From positions 109,058,001-109,122,000 of the forward strand of contig NC_043002.1 of the NCBI RefSeq assembly GCF_006345805.1: DNA of 64,000 nucleotides, read 5' to 3'. The notes under the pieces were generated by a model. The model was given only the letters and a program-made list of their open reading frames with translations. It was not told where the DNA came from and did no database searches. Origin of the DNA: Octopus sinensis (Eukaryota). The first letter of the stretch is position 1; the number at the start of each line of letters is the position of its first letter. Positions 63,084 through 64,000 of the stretch are shown piece after piece. The position numbers were made by a program, and so were the translations under genes.

Positions 63084-64000
63084 TTATTATGCTATGTGCT
63101 TGTATGTTACACAAAAGCAAAATGTGAAACTCTTTTCATGGGTGAAGAACGGAAGTTTTATTTTTTGAATATAAATGGTAAATAGATTTACTATCATTAA
63201 ATAATTGTTTCAAATCCATCTTAAAAAGAAAAGCATTATGTCACATAAAACTCAAGGTTCTCATTGAGTTTTAATCTATTACACTCAGGTTCCCCAGCTC
63301 AGGACCATTGCCTACAATATTGCCATAAAAGGCAAGGCCAGTTATGAAACACAGTGTTGTCATAAAAGACATTAACACTTTTGCAAACATAGCACAGTCA
63401 GTCAGGTCAACTGGTGTGCAACCAAGTGAACAGGAATCTTCCTAGCAATAGCTTGGTTGAATATTCTAGAAACTCTGTTTGGTGTTATAAAAAATATTGG
63501 GATTTCAAACTCCCCAACACAATGACCCGATGTACTATTGGAAGCTATGTCAGTCAGCTTTGGGATAAGGCAATCTCAATCTTTCTACTTTATTTGTTCT
63601 CAATAATGTAAACTATCTTCATATTTCTATTAAGCATATTATGCAGAGAAAAGTCAACAGAATTCGGTCAGGGATTGATGATGTCAGCAAACAATTTAAG
63701 TCTCTGGAAGACTCATTAAAAACTTGCTTTTACCAGTAGCTGGGCTGACCAGCAAATGTTTAACCTGTTAGAATTGCAGTTATTGTAAGCAATGCATTGA
63801 AATATTATTAACAATCTTGTCTTTGGCATCCTTTCTTTGACAGACCATTAGATATATATAGCTCATTTGGCTAGTGGCCATAATGCAGCTAAAGCCAACT
63901 TGCTGCAGGAATTTATGCCTCTCACCTACCTATACGACTACTATCACTGCTTCACTTGGTGTAAATATTTTCTATCATTTGTCACAATGACAGCATTTTT

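Overview
AT-rich, repeat-dense eukaryotic genomic DNA, most likely cephalopod/Octopus (inferred from (AT)n and (CAT)n microsatellites, tRNA-headed SINE families and RTE LINE tails), with one 100-N assembly gap at 20348-20447. Three spliced genes can be reconstructed by hand with phase-consistent GT-AG junctions. (1) The 3' two exons of a probable kintoun/DNAAF2 gene (+, 12554-16434). (2) A complete 9-exon, 360-aa gene (+, 30102-55324) encoding a stand-alone SRA/YDG methyl-CpG reader with no UBL/Tudor/PHD/RING, but with a CDCA7/WDR76-like N-terminal helix, an RRSxRL motif, a 6-residue finger-loop insertion and an acidic tail, behind a promoter with two E2F sites. (3) An antisense gene (-, 36667-35954 probably joined to 26540-25203, about 683 aa) with a CG-1 (CAMTA-type) DNA-binding-like domain and a MADS-like motif, interleaved head-to-head with the SRA gene. 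Intron 1 of the SRA gene also holds, on the sense strand, a tRNA-headed (A/B box) short element carrying a Penelope-type minimal hammerhead ribozyme (31990-32035). The rest is SINEs, 5'-truncated RTE LINEs, MITEs, Helitron-like elements, a decayed DD37D mariner and microsatellites. All family assignments come from motif recognition, not database searches.
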